Positions 30,542-40,674 of a stretch of DNA of 64,000 nt are shown here, piece by piece; the stretch's first letter is position 1, and each line of letters starts with the position of its first letter. The position numbers and the translations under genes are program-made. The notes under the pieces were generated by a model. The model was not told the DNA's origin, made no database searches, and was given only the letters and a program-made list of their open reading frames with translations. The DNA lies in the IMG/VR virus record IMGVR_UViG_3300025828_000016, positions 1 to 64,000 of that record. One strand, 5' to 3'. Source of the stretch: a virus.

Positions 30542-31258
30542 TTATTCATGATTTTTAAGAAAATATCTTAAATCTTCTGGGGTTCCTATTCCCCACATTT
30601 TATTAACATAAAATGGAATTAATGTTTTACCAGAATTTATCAGTTCATTATAAACCGGTGCTATATAAAATTCGTTATTTACCCTAATATCTTTTTCTAT
30701 CATTTGCTTGGCACAAGAAACAAAATCAGATCCGTGCCTATACCAATAAATTCCGCATGTAGCAATATTTGAAATAGGTTTTTTCTCTGCAACCTCTGTT
30801 ACATAACCCCTAGCATTGGTCTTAACAAAGGACCATTTTGGGTGTACAGCATTGAATGAGAAAACTATTCCATCTACACTTGTTAGATTCTTAAGCATAT
30901 GAAAATTTAAAGATTCATAATCAATATATTGATCTGAATTTGCTATTAATAAATCTTCGTCACTATCAATTAAATTTTCTGCCAATAAGGCTGTACATGC
31001 TGCGCCTTCGGTAAGACCATCCACTTCTACATATTTAAATTTATCATTAGTTATTCGAGATAATGAATCTAAAAGACCTGGATATCTAGATATATGTTCT
31101 TTTCTTATTAAGAAAATATATTCACAATCAAAATCTAAGTTTTCCACAACCACCTGTATCATTGGTTTGCCGTTAACATCAATCAATGGTTTAGGAAAGG
31201 TATACCCTTCTTTACTAAATCGACTACCTTCACCTGCCATTGGAATTAAAACTTTCAT
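30542..31258 (-). CDS. Sugar-phosphate nucleotidyltransferase (BcbE-like)
   Basis: IPMAGEGSRF...PKPLI, TEGAACT, ANSDQ, EKKPIS, GIGTPEDL. Confidence 0.88.
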   Translation of the reverse strand: MKVLIPMAGEGSRFSKEGYTFPKPLIDVNGKPMIQVVVENLDFDCEYIFLIRKEHISRYPGLLDSLSRITNDKFKYVEVDGLTEGAACTALLAENLIDSDEDLLIANSDQYIDYESLNFHMLKNLTSVDGIVFSFNAVHPKWSFVKTNARGYVTEVAEKKPISNIATCGIYWYRHGSDFVSCAKQMIEKDIRVNNEFYIAPVYNELINSGKTLIPFYVNKMWGIGTPEDLRYFLKNHE

Positions 31259-31869
31259 ATAATTTCCTTGAATAAGTTTATATCAACATCATCAACACCA
31301 GAAACCTCTAAAACACGACAACCTGTTGCTTTCGCTGCAATAATACCTTTTGGCGAATCTTCAACTATTAAGACTTTATTTTTTGTTAAAGACAATTGGT
31401 TGATAACTTTTAGATATCCTTCTGGGTCTGGTTTTGGATTGGAAACATCCTCATTGGTAACTAACATACTAAGTTTATCATATATATTTGATCTCTTTAA
31501 CATCAAATTCGCAGTTAATGAAATACTATTTGTAAAACAAGCAACTGTAATATTTTTATTCTTTAACCAATCAAAGAGTAGTGTTTTTTCCTTTCTTGGT
31601 TTGCACATTTTATTTATTATTTCAATAGTTTTATCTTGTTTGGTTTTGTGAATAATTAAAAAATCTTTTTCTTTAACAATCCCTCTTGCGTTTAATATTT
31701 CCAATTTTTTTATAGTTGGTATACCATTAAAAGTTTTTAAATGATCATCATATTCTATCTCATAATTACAAATTTCCTTTAAAGCAGAATTCAAAGCGAT
31801 TCGGTGCCAATCGCAAGCATCAACTAGCACGCCGTCTAAATCAAAAATTACCGTATTATATTTCAACAT
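31255..31869 (-). CDS. HAD-superfamily phosphatase
   Basis: FDLDGVLVD, FTNS, KPDPEGY, VEDSPKG. Confidence 0.92.
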   Translation of the reverse strand: MLKYNTVIFDLDGVLVDACDWHRIALNSALKEICNYEIEYDDHLKTFNGIPTIKKLEILNARGIVKEKDFLIIHKTKQDKTIEIINKMCKPRKEKTLLFDWLKNKNITVACFTNSISLTANLMLKRSNIYDKLSMLVTNEDVSNPKPDPEGYLKVINQLSLTKNKVLIVEDSPKGIIAAKATGCRVLEVSGVDDVDINLFKEII

Positions 31870-32573
31870 ATGCCTCTTAAATTATAATCAATGTGATACT
31901 CTTGTAAAAGTTTTGATAGAATGTTTTCATACTCTGTCATATTCCATTTCTTTTTATTTATTGCTGTAGCTATATAAGGAAAGACATTTGAATTAAAGTG
32001 GAAATTACCAACCTTATCTTCATTGTCATAATGATAACAGGATTTGATTTTTAAAGAATTACACGCACTAGAACCATACATTTCAACATCTCGATAAGTC
32101 TTTGGTCTATAAAATTTTAAAAGTTTAATCAAATCTTTTCTTTTCCATATTGCGGTTTGTTGGGAAAGTAAGAATCTAGAAGTCATTGGTACGTCAAATA
32201 ACGTTTCAGTTAGTTTATTACCGCCCATCTCACCAGACTTTATTAACCTTAAGCAACTATAATCAGTTTTACTTAAAAATTCATTGTATTCTTGAATCAG
32301 AGTGTGATTTGGATTATCGTACAATATATGATCTTCTTGCATATATATGATGTATTCTTCTTCTATTTGTTCCAAACAGGATGATAATCTTTTATAGAAT
32401 GGATCACTTTCTTTATTAATTATTTGTATGTGCTTGTCTGGAATTTTTTCTGATGTATTGTTAATGGCGATGTATGATTTATAATCATAACAATATTTAT
32501 CAAATTGTCCAAAATACAATGGGAAAACATCTTCACATTCAGTATTTGTCCATGTAACAAATGCAATATTCAT
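31863..32573 (-). CDS. GT-A-fold glycosyltransferase-like protein
   Basis: YIIYMQEDH (DxD-like), QTAIWK; cluster context. Confidence 0.55.
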   Translation of the reverse strand: MNIAFVTWTNTECEDVFPLYFGQFDKYCYDYKSYIAINNTSEKIPDKHIQIINKESDPFYKRLSSCLEQIEEEYIIYMQEDHILYDNPNHTLIQEYNEFLSKTDYSCLRLIKSGEMGGNKLTETLFDVPMTSRFLLSQQTAIWKRKDLIKLLKFYRPKTYRDVEMYGSSACNSLKIKSCYHYDNEDKVGNFHFNSNVFPYIATAINKKKWNMTEYENILSKLLQEYHIDYNLRGIC

Positions 32574-33022
32574 TATTGTACCTCGTATTTATTTACATAA
32601 TCTGTACATATCCCAAAACTACATTTAAGATCGTCTATAGACCACACGCCTGAACTTTCAGGCATAACAGCAATACTTTTGCTAGTTAATGATTTACCTG
32701 GATATGTCCAAATGTATCCAAAACTAGTTAAAGTAAAATCATCTTCTTGATGCCAGAAAACATTAAGGTTTTGTTCAGATAGTTTTGTCAGTGCATGTAT
32801 GTTTTTACAGTGAATCCATAAATTATTTTTATTATTCAACAACCAATCTAAATTTATGGGATATTCATGAACATCATGACCTAAAAATAAATTTGAATTT
32901 ATTTCCCATACATCAACCTCTACATCATAACCTTTTTGTATTACAAAATTAATCTTATTAGGGTTATTTTCTTCAGTAGGCAAAGGTCCAGATAAGTTAC
33001 CACGGTGTGATATTAATCTCAC
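32573..33022 (-). CDS. PLC-like/glycerophosphodiester phosphodiesterase-like protein
   Basis: ISHRGN, ENNP, DVEVDVW, LGHD, WIHCKN, GICTD. Confidence 0.8.
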   Translation of the reverse strand: MRLISHRGNLSGPLPTEENNPNKINFVIQKGYDVEVDVWEINSNLFLGHDVHEYPINLDWLLNNKNNLWIHCKNIHALTKLSEQNLNVFWHQEDDFTLTSFGYIWTYPGKSLTSKSIAVMPESSGVWSIDDLKCSFGICTDYVNKYEVQ

Positions 33023-33762
33023 TATTCACCCCAAATACAAACCTTATTTAAACTTGATTCCCCTCTTAAATATCCACGAGTCGCAATTCCTTCATCACCT
33101 AGCAAAAGTGGATTTAATGTAGAACCAATATCGATATAAGTATTTTTTTTATTATAATCATACAATTGGTGAGTTAAAATATTTCCAAATGGTCCAGCAC
33201 AAAACAAAAACAAAGAATTTTCTACATTGTTTTCTTGTATATCTTTTTTTATTTCATCAATTAAATTATAATCTTCAACCCAACAGTTTTTTCCTATCTT
33301 ATAATGTTTTTTTAAATCAAATGGCAGTTTTTCTAAATTAGACTTACTATTCGACACAAGATAGACATCATAGTTTGAATATTCTGGAACTACGTTTTTT
33401 AGGTAATAGTTATAGTTTCCATTAACAAACAGATTAGCCCAGGTTAAATTCTCAAGATTTTGTTCAGATCTTGTTTTCATCCAATCGTGAACTTTTTTTC
33501 CACCAATACAGCAAGGACATGAAATACCAACTAAATAATTTTTGTCTTTGTACTTAAATGATTCAATCAGTTTTGTTCTATTAAATGAATTATTCTCTGG
33601 TTCAAACCAAAATTCTCCATTGTTTATTGGTTTATTTGCAAGGATATGCAGTTCCCCGTCTGCATATTTAGAAAATGCAAAATGAACTTTGTTTTCCAAA
33701 AGAGATTTTATCTTCACTAAATCTTCTCTATAGTTCTTTTTATAACAATCTATTTCAAACAT
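33022..33762 (-). CDS. GT-D-fold (DUF1792-like) glycosyltransferase-like protein (start moved to ATG 33762)
   Basis: FSKYADGE, FLFCAGPFG, YIDIGS. Confidence 0.6.
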   Translation of the reverse strand: MFEIDCYKKNYREDLVKIKSLLENKVHFAFSKYADGELHILANKPINNGEFWFEPENNSFNRTKLIESFKYKDKNYLVGISCPCCIGGKKVHDWMKTRSEQNLENLTWANLFVNGNYNYYLKNVVPEYSNYDVYLVSNSKSNLEKLPFDLKKHYKIGKNCWVEDYNLIDEIKKDIQENNVENSLFLFCAGPFGNILTHQLYDYNKKNTYIDIGSTLNPLLLGDEGIATRGYLRGESSLNKVCIWGE

Positions 33763-34351
33763 TTTCAATCCTTTGAAAAAACAAAAAATTAGCATCAGAA
33801 AAAGGATTTTTTTCACAAAAATTTTCAGATTCAAAATGAAGTGGAGCAAAATTTTTAAAATTTTCTTTTACATAATTTGAAATATTTCTACTAAAACAAT
33901 GCTTAACAGTTGTTCCAATTTCATCATCACGATCTGTGGTAAATATAATTACATATTTTTTTGAAGCATCAAACAAACTCTTCATGTGGTTCTCATATAC
34001 TCCATATTCAACCAAATGGTAAACAACATCCAAGGATACTGTTAAATCTGATTTTTGATCTGAGTAATCATCAATTACACTAAAATTAAATTTTTCATCG
34101 CCCTTAAAAACCTCTTTGCATATTTTTATAGCAGGTGCAAAATCAAATCCCAAATAATTTTTATAATTTATATTTTTTATTTGATTTCCATCTCCGCACC
34201 CAAATTCAATAGTGGAATTTGGTTTGAATCTTTCTAAAAAATCATTAATTACTTTTGTTTTGTATTCTGCTGCGTCACCATAAGAACCCCAACCTGAAGT
34301 ACCACCTTTAGAATATCTATCTTCCCAATATGCTCTAGAACTAAAACTCAT
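33755..34351 (-). CDS. SAM-dependent methyltransferase (start moved to ATG 34351)
   Basis: YWEDRYSKGGTSGWGS, IEFGCGDG, SLDVVYHL. Confidence 0.85.
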   Translation of the reverse strand: MSFSSRAYWEDRYSKGGTSGWGSYGDAAEYKTKVINDFLERFKPNSTIEFGCGDGNQIKNINYKNYLGFDFAPAIKICKEVFKGDEKFNFSVIDDYSDQKSDLTVSLDVVYHLVEYGVYENHMKSLFDASKKYVIIFTTDRDDEIGTTVKHCFSRNISNYVKENFKNFAPLHFESENFCEKNPFSDANFLFFQRIENV

Positions 34352-34352
34352 G

Positions 34353-35357
34353 CTATAACTCCAATAATATTTTATAAATTTTTTCTGCTGATTTGCCATC
34401 TCCGAATGGACAATCTATAGTATCATCAATTTTTGGTTTTTTTAAAAACGCCTCAAACATGTCAGAGAGGTTATTTGGATCTTCACAAAGTTCAAAAAAT
34501 ACTCCCAAACCTTCCACTCTTTCTGTTGTTTTTCTACAAACAATCATTCTTTTTCTAAAAAATGATGACTCTTCTTGAATGCCGCCACTGTCTGATATTA
34601 TTAATCTTGATTTTGATAATAATTCTATAAATTCTGGGTAATTCAATGGATCAATAATTTTTACTTTATTTAAAATTGACTTATGTTGTTGTACTTTTGG
34701 ATTTGGATGCATGGGAAAAATAAAGTCCAATTCAGGATACTTTTCTGCTAACTCTTCAAATTTTGTAAACCACAACTCCATAACATCATGATTTTCTCTT
34801 CGATGCATCGTTATCGGAACAATATTAGATTCTTTTGGTTCTATTTGTAATAAATTATCTAAAACTGTGTTACCTGTAACAAAAATATTTTTTTTGATAC
34901 CCTCGTTATAAAGATTATTAGCAGAAATATCAGTAGGGCAGAAATGAATAGAGGCAAGACGAGATATTGCTTGTCTGTTAAACTCTTCAGGATAAGGATT
35001 GTATAAGTCATACGTTCTCAAACCCGCTTCTAAGTGAATTACAGGAATTCTTCTATGAAAAGCAGAAAGAGCCAATGAAAATGCCGAAGTAGTGTCGCCC
35101 TGAACTAAAACATAATTTGGTTTATTGGTCCATATGGTACTTTGATCCATCAATGATTTTACGATGGCATCGAGTCTGTTTGTACCATTTTTTATATCAA
35201 TAGATACATCAACTTCTTTATGTGCCTCTACCGGTAATAATGTTGTGTGTTGACCTGTGAATAAAACTTTATACGGATAATTGTTTTTTCTAAAAACATT
35301 TACCAGTGGTTTAATTTTGATCCACTCAGGTCTTGTTCCAAAAGTAAGTAAAATCAC
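34353..35357 (-). CDS. wecB: UDP-N-acetylglucosamine 2-epimerase (GTG start overlapping the upstream TGA)
   Basis: FGTRPEWIK, TGQH, VQGDT, HLEAGLR, PEEFNR, TMHRREN, DSGGIQEE. Confidence 0.95.
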   Translation of the reverse strand: MILLTFGTRPEWIKIKPLVNVFRKNNYPYKVLFTGQHTTLLPVEAHKEVDVSIDIKNGTNRLDAIVKSLMDQSTIWTNKPNYVLVQGDTTSAFSLALSAFHRRIPVIHLEAGLRTYDLYNPYPEEFNRQAISRLASIHFCPTDISANNLYNEGIKKNIFVTGNTVLDNLLQIEPKESNIVPITMHRRENHDVMELWFTKFEELAEKYPELDFIFPMHPNPKVQQHKSILNKVKIIDPLNYPEFIELLSKSRLIISDSGGIQEESSFFRKRMIVCRKTTERVEGLGVFFELCEDPNNLSDMFEAFLKKPKIDDTIDCPFGDGKSAEKIYKILLEL

Positions 35358-36931
35358 TTTCTCATCTCCACTGTTTTCCATCCGTTGTCTATTGCATTTG
35401 CAACGCAAGCATCTCTTTGTTTATAAAAAATATTATGATTTCTAGTATTTGAAGTTGCTTTGTTGTCTACACCATATTCATAACCTTTTAAAGAACTGTG
35501 TTTTGTAAAATCATCTTTTGGGTGTGGAGGGCAATAAGTTTTAATTCCACCGTATTTCTGACAACAATAAGAAAATTGAATATCTTCTCCATTTTCCCAA
35601 GTAAATGGTTTTTCCATCCAAAGGTACTTCAACCAAGATTGTCTAAAAAACCATGCATGTCCCACTAAATCAACTTCTACAGTTTCTTCATTTCTAGAAG
35701 ACCATCCAAATCTAGTATGGTGTTTGTACTGTTTTCCTTTAAGTTTAACCCCTGCGCCACCCATTATACCATTTTTAATATCCATTGTTTCAATACAGTT
35801 TTGAAACCATTGATTTCCAGGCAGCGTATCATCATCAAAGAGAGCGACATATTCAGTATCAGCCAGCATCGCAATTGAAAACCTTCCATAAAATTTCCAA
35901 TTAAAATCATTTCTTATTACCCTATCCACATCTAGATCAGAAAAATCAAAATTTTCGTTATCCTCATGGTGGTTAACCCAAACCCAAATCTGATCTGGTT
36001 TTACTGTCTGCTCTTTAATTAATTTTATTTGCTCTTTTAAATATTGCGGTCGGCGGTAGCAATTAAGTATAACTGTTATTCCGTTATCTGACTCTTTTTT
36101 ATTTATTAAATTTTCAAATAATTTAAGTGCTTTTTGTACTCTATCGTCTATTTCTTGGATTAGACGAACCCCAGATAGATTAAAAATTTCCTCGCTTGCA
36201 AAACCTAAAAGTTTTGGTTTTGTTAAAAGTTTACAGTTTAACATTTTTGCTTCCGCTGATATTCTAGAAAAAGTTTCTAAAACACCTGGGAAGAATACAA
36301 ATCCTTCATACTCTGATAGTTTTTTTAGTAACTCTTGCTCGGAGCAAAAATCGATTAAATCAAACGGAATATTTTTTGATTCACAATACTCAACAGATTT
36401 TTTAGTATTTTTTATTGGATTAGAAGAATTTAATACAGCAAATTTTCCATTTTTTGTTTCGGTTTGTATAGATTTTATGAACTCTAATTTTTCTTTAGAC
36501 CATAAACTGCAACCTATATTTACCACATTATCTATATTTAAATTTTCTTCTATAACTTTTTTACAAATATTACTTAGAACAACGACTGCTTCAGCATTTT
36601 TATAAAATTCTTTGTGTATTATTTGTGATTCTGGGGCAATAAAATTATCAAAATGTGAAGGATCTCTAGTTTGAAGATATTTGTGGTCGTGCTCGTAGAT
36701 TATGTATCTTTCTTTTTGTATTTTTATTTTGTGTTCTTCAGATAGAGAAACAAAATTTGAAACAATAAAAAAATTGCTTTTATTGTAATAAGAGTTATCT
36801 AATTTAAAACAATTTATTTTCTCAATATCATAGTTTTTATTTTCTAAATAAGTCAAGAGAACAGAATCATTGGATTCTGCTCCCCCTAGTATTTCTGTTC
36901 TAAAAAAATCTGATAAAAAAACTATTTTCAT
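35354..36931 (-). CDS. Two-domain glycosyltransferase (GT-B-like N-terminus + GT2-like C-terminus)
   Basis: GGAE...ETFSRISAEA (GT-B); ITVILNCYRR...ALFDDD...GEDI (GT-A). Confidence 0.8.
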   Translation of the reverse strand: MKIVFLSDFFRTEILGGAESNDSVLLTYLENKNYDIEKINCFKLDNSYYNKSNFFIVSNFVSLSEEHKIKIQKERYIIYEHDHKYLQTRDPSHFDNFIAPESQIIHKEFYKNAEAVVVLSNICKKVIEENLNIDNVVNIGCSLWSKEKLEFIKSIQTETKNGKFAVLNSSNPIKNTKKSVEYCESKNIPFDLIDFCSEQELLKKLSEYEGFVFFPGVLETFSRISAEAKMLNCKLLTKPKLLGFASEEIFNLSGVRLIQEIDDRVQKALKLFENLINKKESDNGITVILNCYRRPQYLKEQIKLIKEQTVKPDQIWVWVNHHEDNENFDFSDLDVDRVIRNDFNWKFYGRFSIAMLADTEYVALFDDDTLPGNQWFQNCIETMDIKNGIMGGAGVKLKGKQYKHHTRFGWSSRNEETVEVDLVGHAWFFRQSWLKYLWMEKPFTWENGEDIQFSYCCQKYGGIKTYCPPHPKDDFTKHSSLKGYEYGVDNKATSNTRNHNIFYKQRDACVANAIDNGWKTVEMRK

Positions 36932-36932
36932 T

Positions 36933-38186
36933 TTATATTAATTCAACAGAATCTAGTTCATCCATCCAATTACTAGACTTTTTAAATCCTTTAATTAAGT
37001 CATTAAATTTATCATATTGCTTTTGTTGTTCAAAGTTCTCGCAAATCCATTGTTGTAATTTTTTAGATTGAGATTTAAATCTACTATAATCTTTATATAC
37101 TTCACGCATTTTCATTTTATAGGAACCTTGCTTGGCATATGCCCACATAGAATCTTTTTGCAAAACACCGTCCCAAACAGCATCAGGAGCAATAGGTTGC
37201 AAATCATAATCTATTTTGGCAAAATAAGGTTTAGACTTAATTTTTCCTTTTTTATCTTTTGTTGGTTTATATAAGAAATCTAAATGACCTGACCAATCAG
37301 TAGCTACTACAGGGAGTCCACTATATGCTGCCTCAAAAAGAGGAAGACCAAAACCCTCTCCATGAGTTAAACTCAAGATAGCATGAATTAGTTCGTGATT
37401 ATATAAAGAATGCATTTCTTTATCATCTAAATCGCCATGAAGAAGATAAACTTTACATTCTCGATTCGGATATTCTTTTAAAGTCTTCTCTAATTGAGAC
37501 TCAATCGCAATTTTATCTAACAAACACCCGCCGCGAAGAAAAGTTTTTACTACCAGACCAACATCTGGATTATCAATAAATTCCTCAACAAACCATTTAA
37601 TTGTTGCTCCTAAGTTTTTACGTGGTCCCCATTGAGCGACTGTAAGAAAGTTAAATTTTGTTTCCAGTTGCAAATCTAAATCTGGTAATTCATCATAAAT
37701 TTTAACTGGGTAGTGTACTACATCGATATCTTTATTAGACTTAAGAATTGCTCGTTGACCAGTGCGTCTATCAACTGCTTCATATACTGTCTCTAATATA
37801 CCTTTCTTTGAGTGTTCAGAAATAGTAATAACTTTATCCATTTCATTACATTTTTGTAACCATATAGGAGCAACCTTTGTTGTTTCGATACCCGCAGTAA
37901 CTCCAATATTTATTGGTGCCATTGGTTGCCACTCGTTAGGGATTGTTACTTGAATCGACATATCATATTGTTGCTGTGACTGTTCATGTATTGCAGTTTT
38001 TTTAACTAAAAAATCAATCCATTCTCTTTCTTCGTTATCTTCCCACACCCAAGCAGATTCGCCCCAGTTAATTGGTATTAAATAAATATCCAAGTCTTCT
38101 ACTTGTCGTAAAGCACGAAGAACAAAACGACAATGTTCGCCATATCCAGTTCTGGTTAGTGCTGGTCCTCTTACTATAACTTTCAT
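36933..38186 (-). CDS. GT4-like glycosyltransferase
   Basis: TGYGEH, RKNL, EGFGLPLFEAAYSGLPVVAT (EX7E). Confidence 0.9.
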   Translation of the reverse strand: MKVIVRGPALTRTGYGEHCRFVLRALRQVEDLDIYLIPINWGESAWVWEDNEEREWIDFLVKKTAIHEQSQQQYDMSIQVTIPNEWQPMAPINIGVTAGIETTKVAPIWLQKCNEMDKVITISEHSKKGILETVYEAVDRRTGQRAILKSNKDIDVVHYPVKIYDELPDLDLQLETKFNFLTVAQWGPRKNLGATIKWFVEEFIDNPDVGLVVKTFLRGGCLLDKIAIESQLEKTLKEYPNRECKVYLLHGDLDDKEMHSLYNHELIHAILSLTHGEGFGLPLFEAAYSGLPVVATDWSGHLDFLYKPTKDKKGKIKSKPYFAKIDYDLQPIAPDAVWDGVLQKDSMWAYAKQGSYKMKMREVYKDYSRFKSQSKKLQQWICENFEQQKQYDKFNDLIKGFKKSSNWMDELDSVELI

Positions 38187-39457
38187 TAGGCAACCTCCTT
38201 AACAGTCCAACGCTTTGTGTACTTGCGGGTTTCCCAAGAACCCTCTTCTTCGTGGAGTTTAGTCATGACATCTACCCATGTTTTATTAAAATCTTGAAAA
38301 TTGTAATTCCTCATTACATGTTCTCGACCAAGAAGACCCATTTTATTTCTTTCTTCTTTTGACATGTTAAAGATTTTTTCCATAGCAGCTACAACTTCTT
38401 CCCCATTTAATCTATCCTCATAGATCCAAGGAATTTGTTGTGAACCAATAATCGCTCTTGAGGAAGGATAGACAGGTATACCAAATTCTTTTTCCCCGTC
38501 TGTAATCTGCTCTTGCAGACCACCTGTCATATTGACAATAATCGGAGTTCCACAGGAAAGAGATTCTAGAGTAGCAAGACCAAAACCCTCTGCGTCAGAA
38601 ATATTTACCGTACAATCTGCCATATTGTATAGCATTGATAATTTTTGCAAATCTATTTTTTGTTGACTAAACAGAACTTCTCCATTTGTTAGTCCTAAAT
38701 TTTCAATAATTGCTTGAAGATCTTGACCGTTTGGATCTTTAACCTCAGTGTGCATCACGAGACATGCTTTATCATGACCAACCTTATCAAGAAAATCTTT
38801 AAACCAAAAAATCAAAGAACCAGATTGTTTACGACGAGCATTTCGATTATTCCAGAAGAAAATAAATTTATCTGGATCATAGAAATCACCAAAGACTTGT
38901 TTTTTAAATTCTTTTAATAGTTCCTCATTGTTTTCCATTGGTTTGAATATATCGCTATTTACAGCGTGAGGAATATATTGAGATTTTACACTAGGTGCAA
39001 CAGTCTTAACAATATCATCTGTTACTTTTGAGATCGTTGCGATGAAGTCGTTCGACTCATAAAATGGTCTATTAAAAGTAGGATAGGGGTAGTTATCCCA
39101 AACGTGGTAATAAACCATAGGCATAAGAGGTCTAATTTCATTTTCCATCTCCCATAACCAACCCCAGAAGCGAGGGTCAGTCATAAACCAAATGATATCT
39201 GGTCTTTCTTGTCTAATTAAAGACCGGACTGATTCTTTTGTGCCATACCCATCAACTGGGTACATAATCCAATCTTCACCATATTGGTCTGTTTTAATTG
39301 GGTCATATTTAGGGTGCTTGATTGCGCCGCCGAATGAGCGGATTTGGAACTTACCAGTTTTTAATAACGCTTCACAAATATACCTAGTTTGAGTTCCAAC
39401 GCCACTAGGACTAAGAGGCATATCGCTAAGAGTGAAGACCTTAATTTTTTTATCCAT
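38186..39457 (-). CDS. GT4-like glycosyltransferase
   Basis: SGVG, NRNARRK, EGFGLATLESLSCGTPII (EX7E). Confidence 0.9.
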   Translation of the reverse strand: MDKKIKVFTLSDMPLSPSGVGTQTRYICEALLKTGKFQIRSFGGAIKHPKYDPIKTDQYGEDWIMYPVDGYGTKESVRSLIRQERPDIIWFMTDPRFWGWLWEMENEIRPLMPMVYYHVWDNYPYPTFNRPFYESNDFIATISKVTDDIVKTVAPSVKSQYIPHAVNSDIFKPMENNEELLKEFKKQVFGDFYDPDKFIFFWNNRNARRKQSGSLIFWFKDFLDKVGHDKACLVMHTEVKDPNGQDLQAIIENLGLTNGEVLFSQQKIDLQKLSMLYNMADCTVNISDAEGFGLATLESLSCGTPIIVNMTGGLQEQITDGEKEFGIPVYPSSRAIIGSQQIPWIYEDRLNGEEVVAAMEKIFNMSKEERNKMGLLGREHVMRNYNFQDFNKTWVDVMTKLHEEEGSWETRKYTKRWTVKEVA

Positions 39458-39464
39458 TTAAACC

Positions 39465-40271
39465 TCATGAACAATGCTTTGTTTTATAATATTCGCATAC
39501 GCCATATTTGCCGTAGCAGGAAAGTCTATTTTTGACGTGATTGCATTTATCAATATTATATACGGCTTTGTTCAATAGTTTAAGAGCATTATCTATTTTC
39601 TTTTCGCCGTTTGTCACTTTAAATAGTTCAACATTATTTTTATTTGCGGTTCTTTTTAAGAGGGCGAAGTGAGTTGTTATCTCATTATATTTTTTTCCAT
39701 GTTTTTTTGCCCAGAAATGCTTATAGAGGGTTAATTGATAGGTTATCATTTTATCTGCTTTCTTCCGACTGTCCCATCCCCAGGAACAAGTCTTCCAATC
39801 GACAATATGAAACTTTTTAGTGTCTGGTGTGTAGACAACAAGGTCAATAAAACCTTTGAATTTCTTTTGGATTTTATCGTTTTCAATATCTTGGTAAAGT
39901 GGTTCCTCTATGGAAATCATTTCAAACTTACCAAAGTATTTTTTTAAAGCAGGTAAGATAAACTGAATAATGTGTTTACCTTGAGTTCTCATTGAGGTGA
40001 GTAGTTCTGGTGAGAACTCAACATCAGGGGAGGATTGTTTTACTTTTTGTAGATTTTGGACAAACTCCTGCTCAAACAGTTGTTCTAGACCCTCAGACTT
40101 TTTATTTTCGTCGTGGTCTTGAACAACGACCTCACAGACTGTGTGGAGAGCGGAACCAAAGCAAGTGTGCTCGTTGCCTTTGAACTGCTTGATCTTATCA
40201 ATATAGTTGAGTTTGTGTTTCCAAGCGCAGTCGGTCCATTCTTTAAGCTCGGAGTAAGATATGTGAGACAT
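39465..40271 (-). CDS. PD-(D/E)XK nuclease, Cas4/AddB/RecB-like, with probable Fe-S cysteines
   Basis: SYS...C, FGSALH, GFIDLV...IVDWKT, QLTLY, C-terminal Cys cluster. Confidence 0.88.
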   Translation of the reverse strand: MSHISYSELKEWTDCAWKHKLNYIDKIKQFKGNEHTCFGSALHTVCEVVVQDHDENKKSEGLEQLFEQEFVQNLQKVKQSSPDVEFSPELLTSMRTQGKHIIQFILPALKKYFGKFEMISIEEPLYQDIENDKIQKKFKGFIDLVVYTPDTKKFHIVDWKTCSWGWDSRKKADKMITYQLTLYKHFWAKKHGKKYNEITTHFALLKRTANKNNVELFKVTNGEKKIDNALKLLNKAVYNIDKCNHVKNRLSCYGKYGVCEYYKTKHCS

Positions 40272-40664
40272 TTATCCCTCTGTTTTTTTATTTTTTGTTG
40301 TCTTTTTCTTTACGGTGGTTGATTTTAGACCATACTGTAAAGAGTCGGTAGACAACGAAGTTTCATCTATTTTTAGATCTTCAACTTCAACTTTCGGTTC
40401 ATCTATTCTAACAGATTCTTTAACAATGTCAACTTGTTTTTTTTCAAAAGTGTAATTTCCAATTGTATTTGAGACCGTTAAGTCATGTTTATCACTTTCA
40501 CCAGTTAAAAACACATAATCATCTAAATTATATTTTTTTCTTAATAACGATTCTACAGAATTATTTTTAAATATTATTTTCTGAGAAGATCTTCTTCTTG
40601 CGTTTGGGTCCGCTACTATTTCAAAAAATATTTTTTTACCTTTGGTTTTTGTTGTAATTTTCAT
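40272..40664 (-). CDS. Hypothetical basic protein
   Basis: 130 aa with GGAG RBS. Confidence 0.6.
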   Translation of the reverse strand: MKITTKTKGKKIFFEIVADPNARRRSSQKIIFKNNSVESLLRKKYNLDDYVFLTGESDKHDLTVSNTIGNYTFEKKQVDIVKESVRIDEPKVEVEDLKIDETSLSTDSLQYGLKSTTVKKKTTKNKKTEG

Positions 40665-40674
40665 TGCTCACTCC

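Noticed and set aside
39465-40271. CRISPR-Cas locus suggested by the Cas4-like nuclease
   Set aside because: No cas1/cas2 and no repeat-spacer array seen; stand-alone Cas4/RecB-like nucleases are common in phages.
40272-40664. MKITTK start as another class A tag
   Set aside because: It lacks the LKxxIxEE helix; only the first four residues match.
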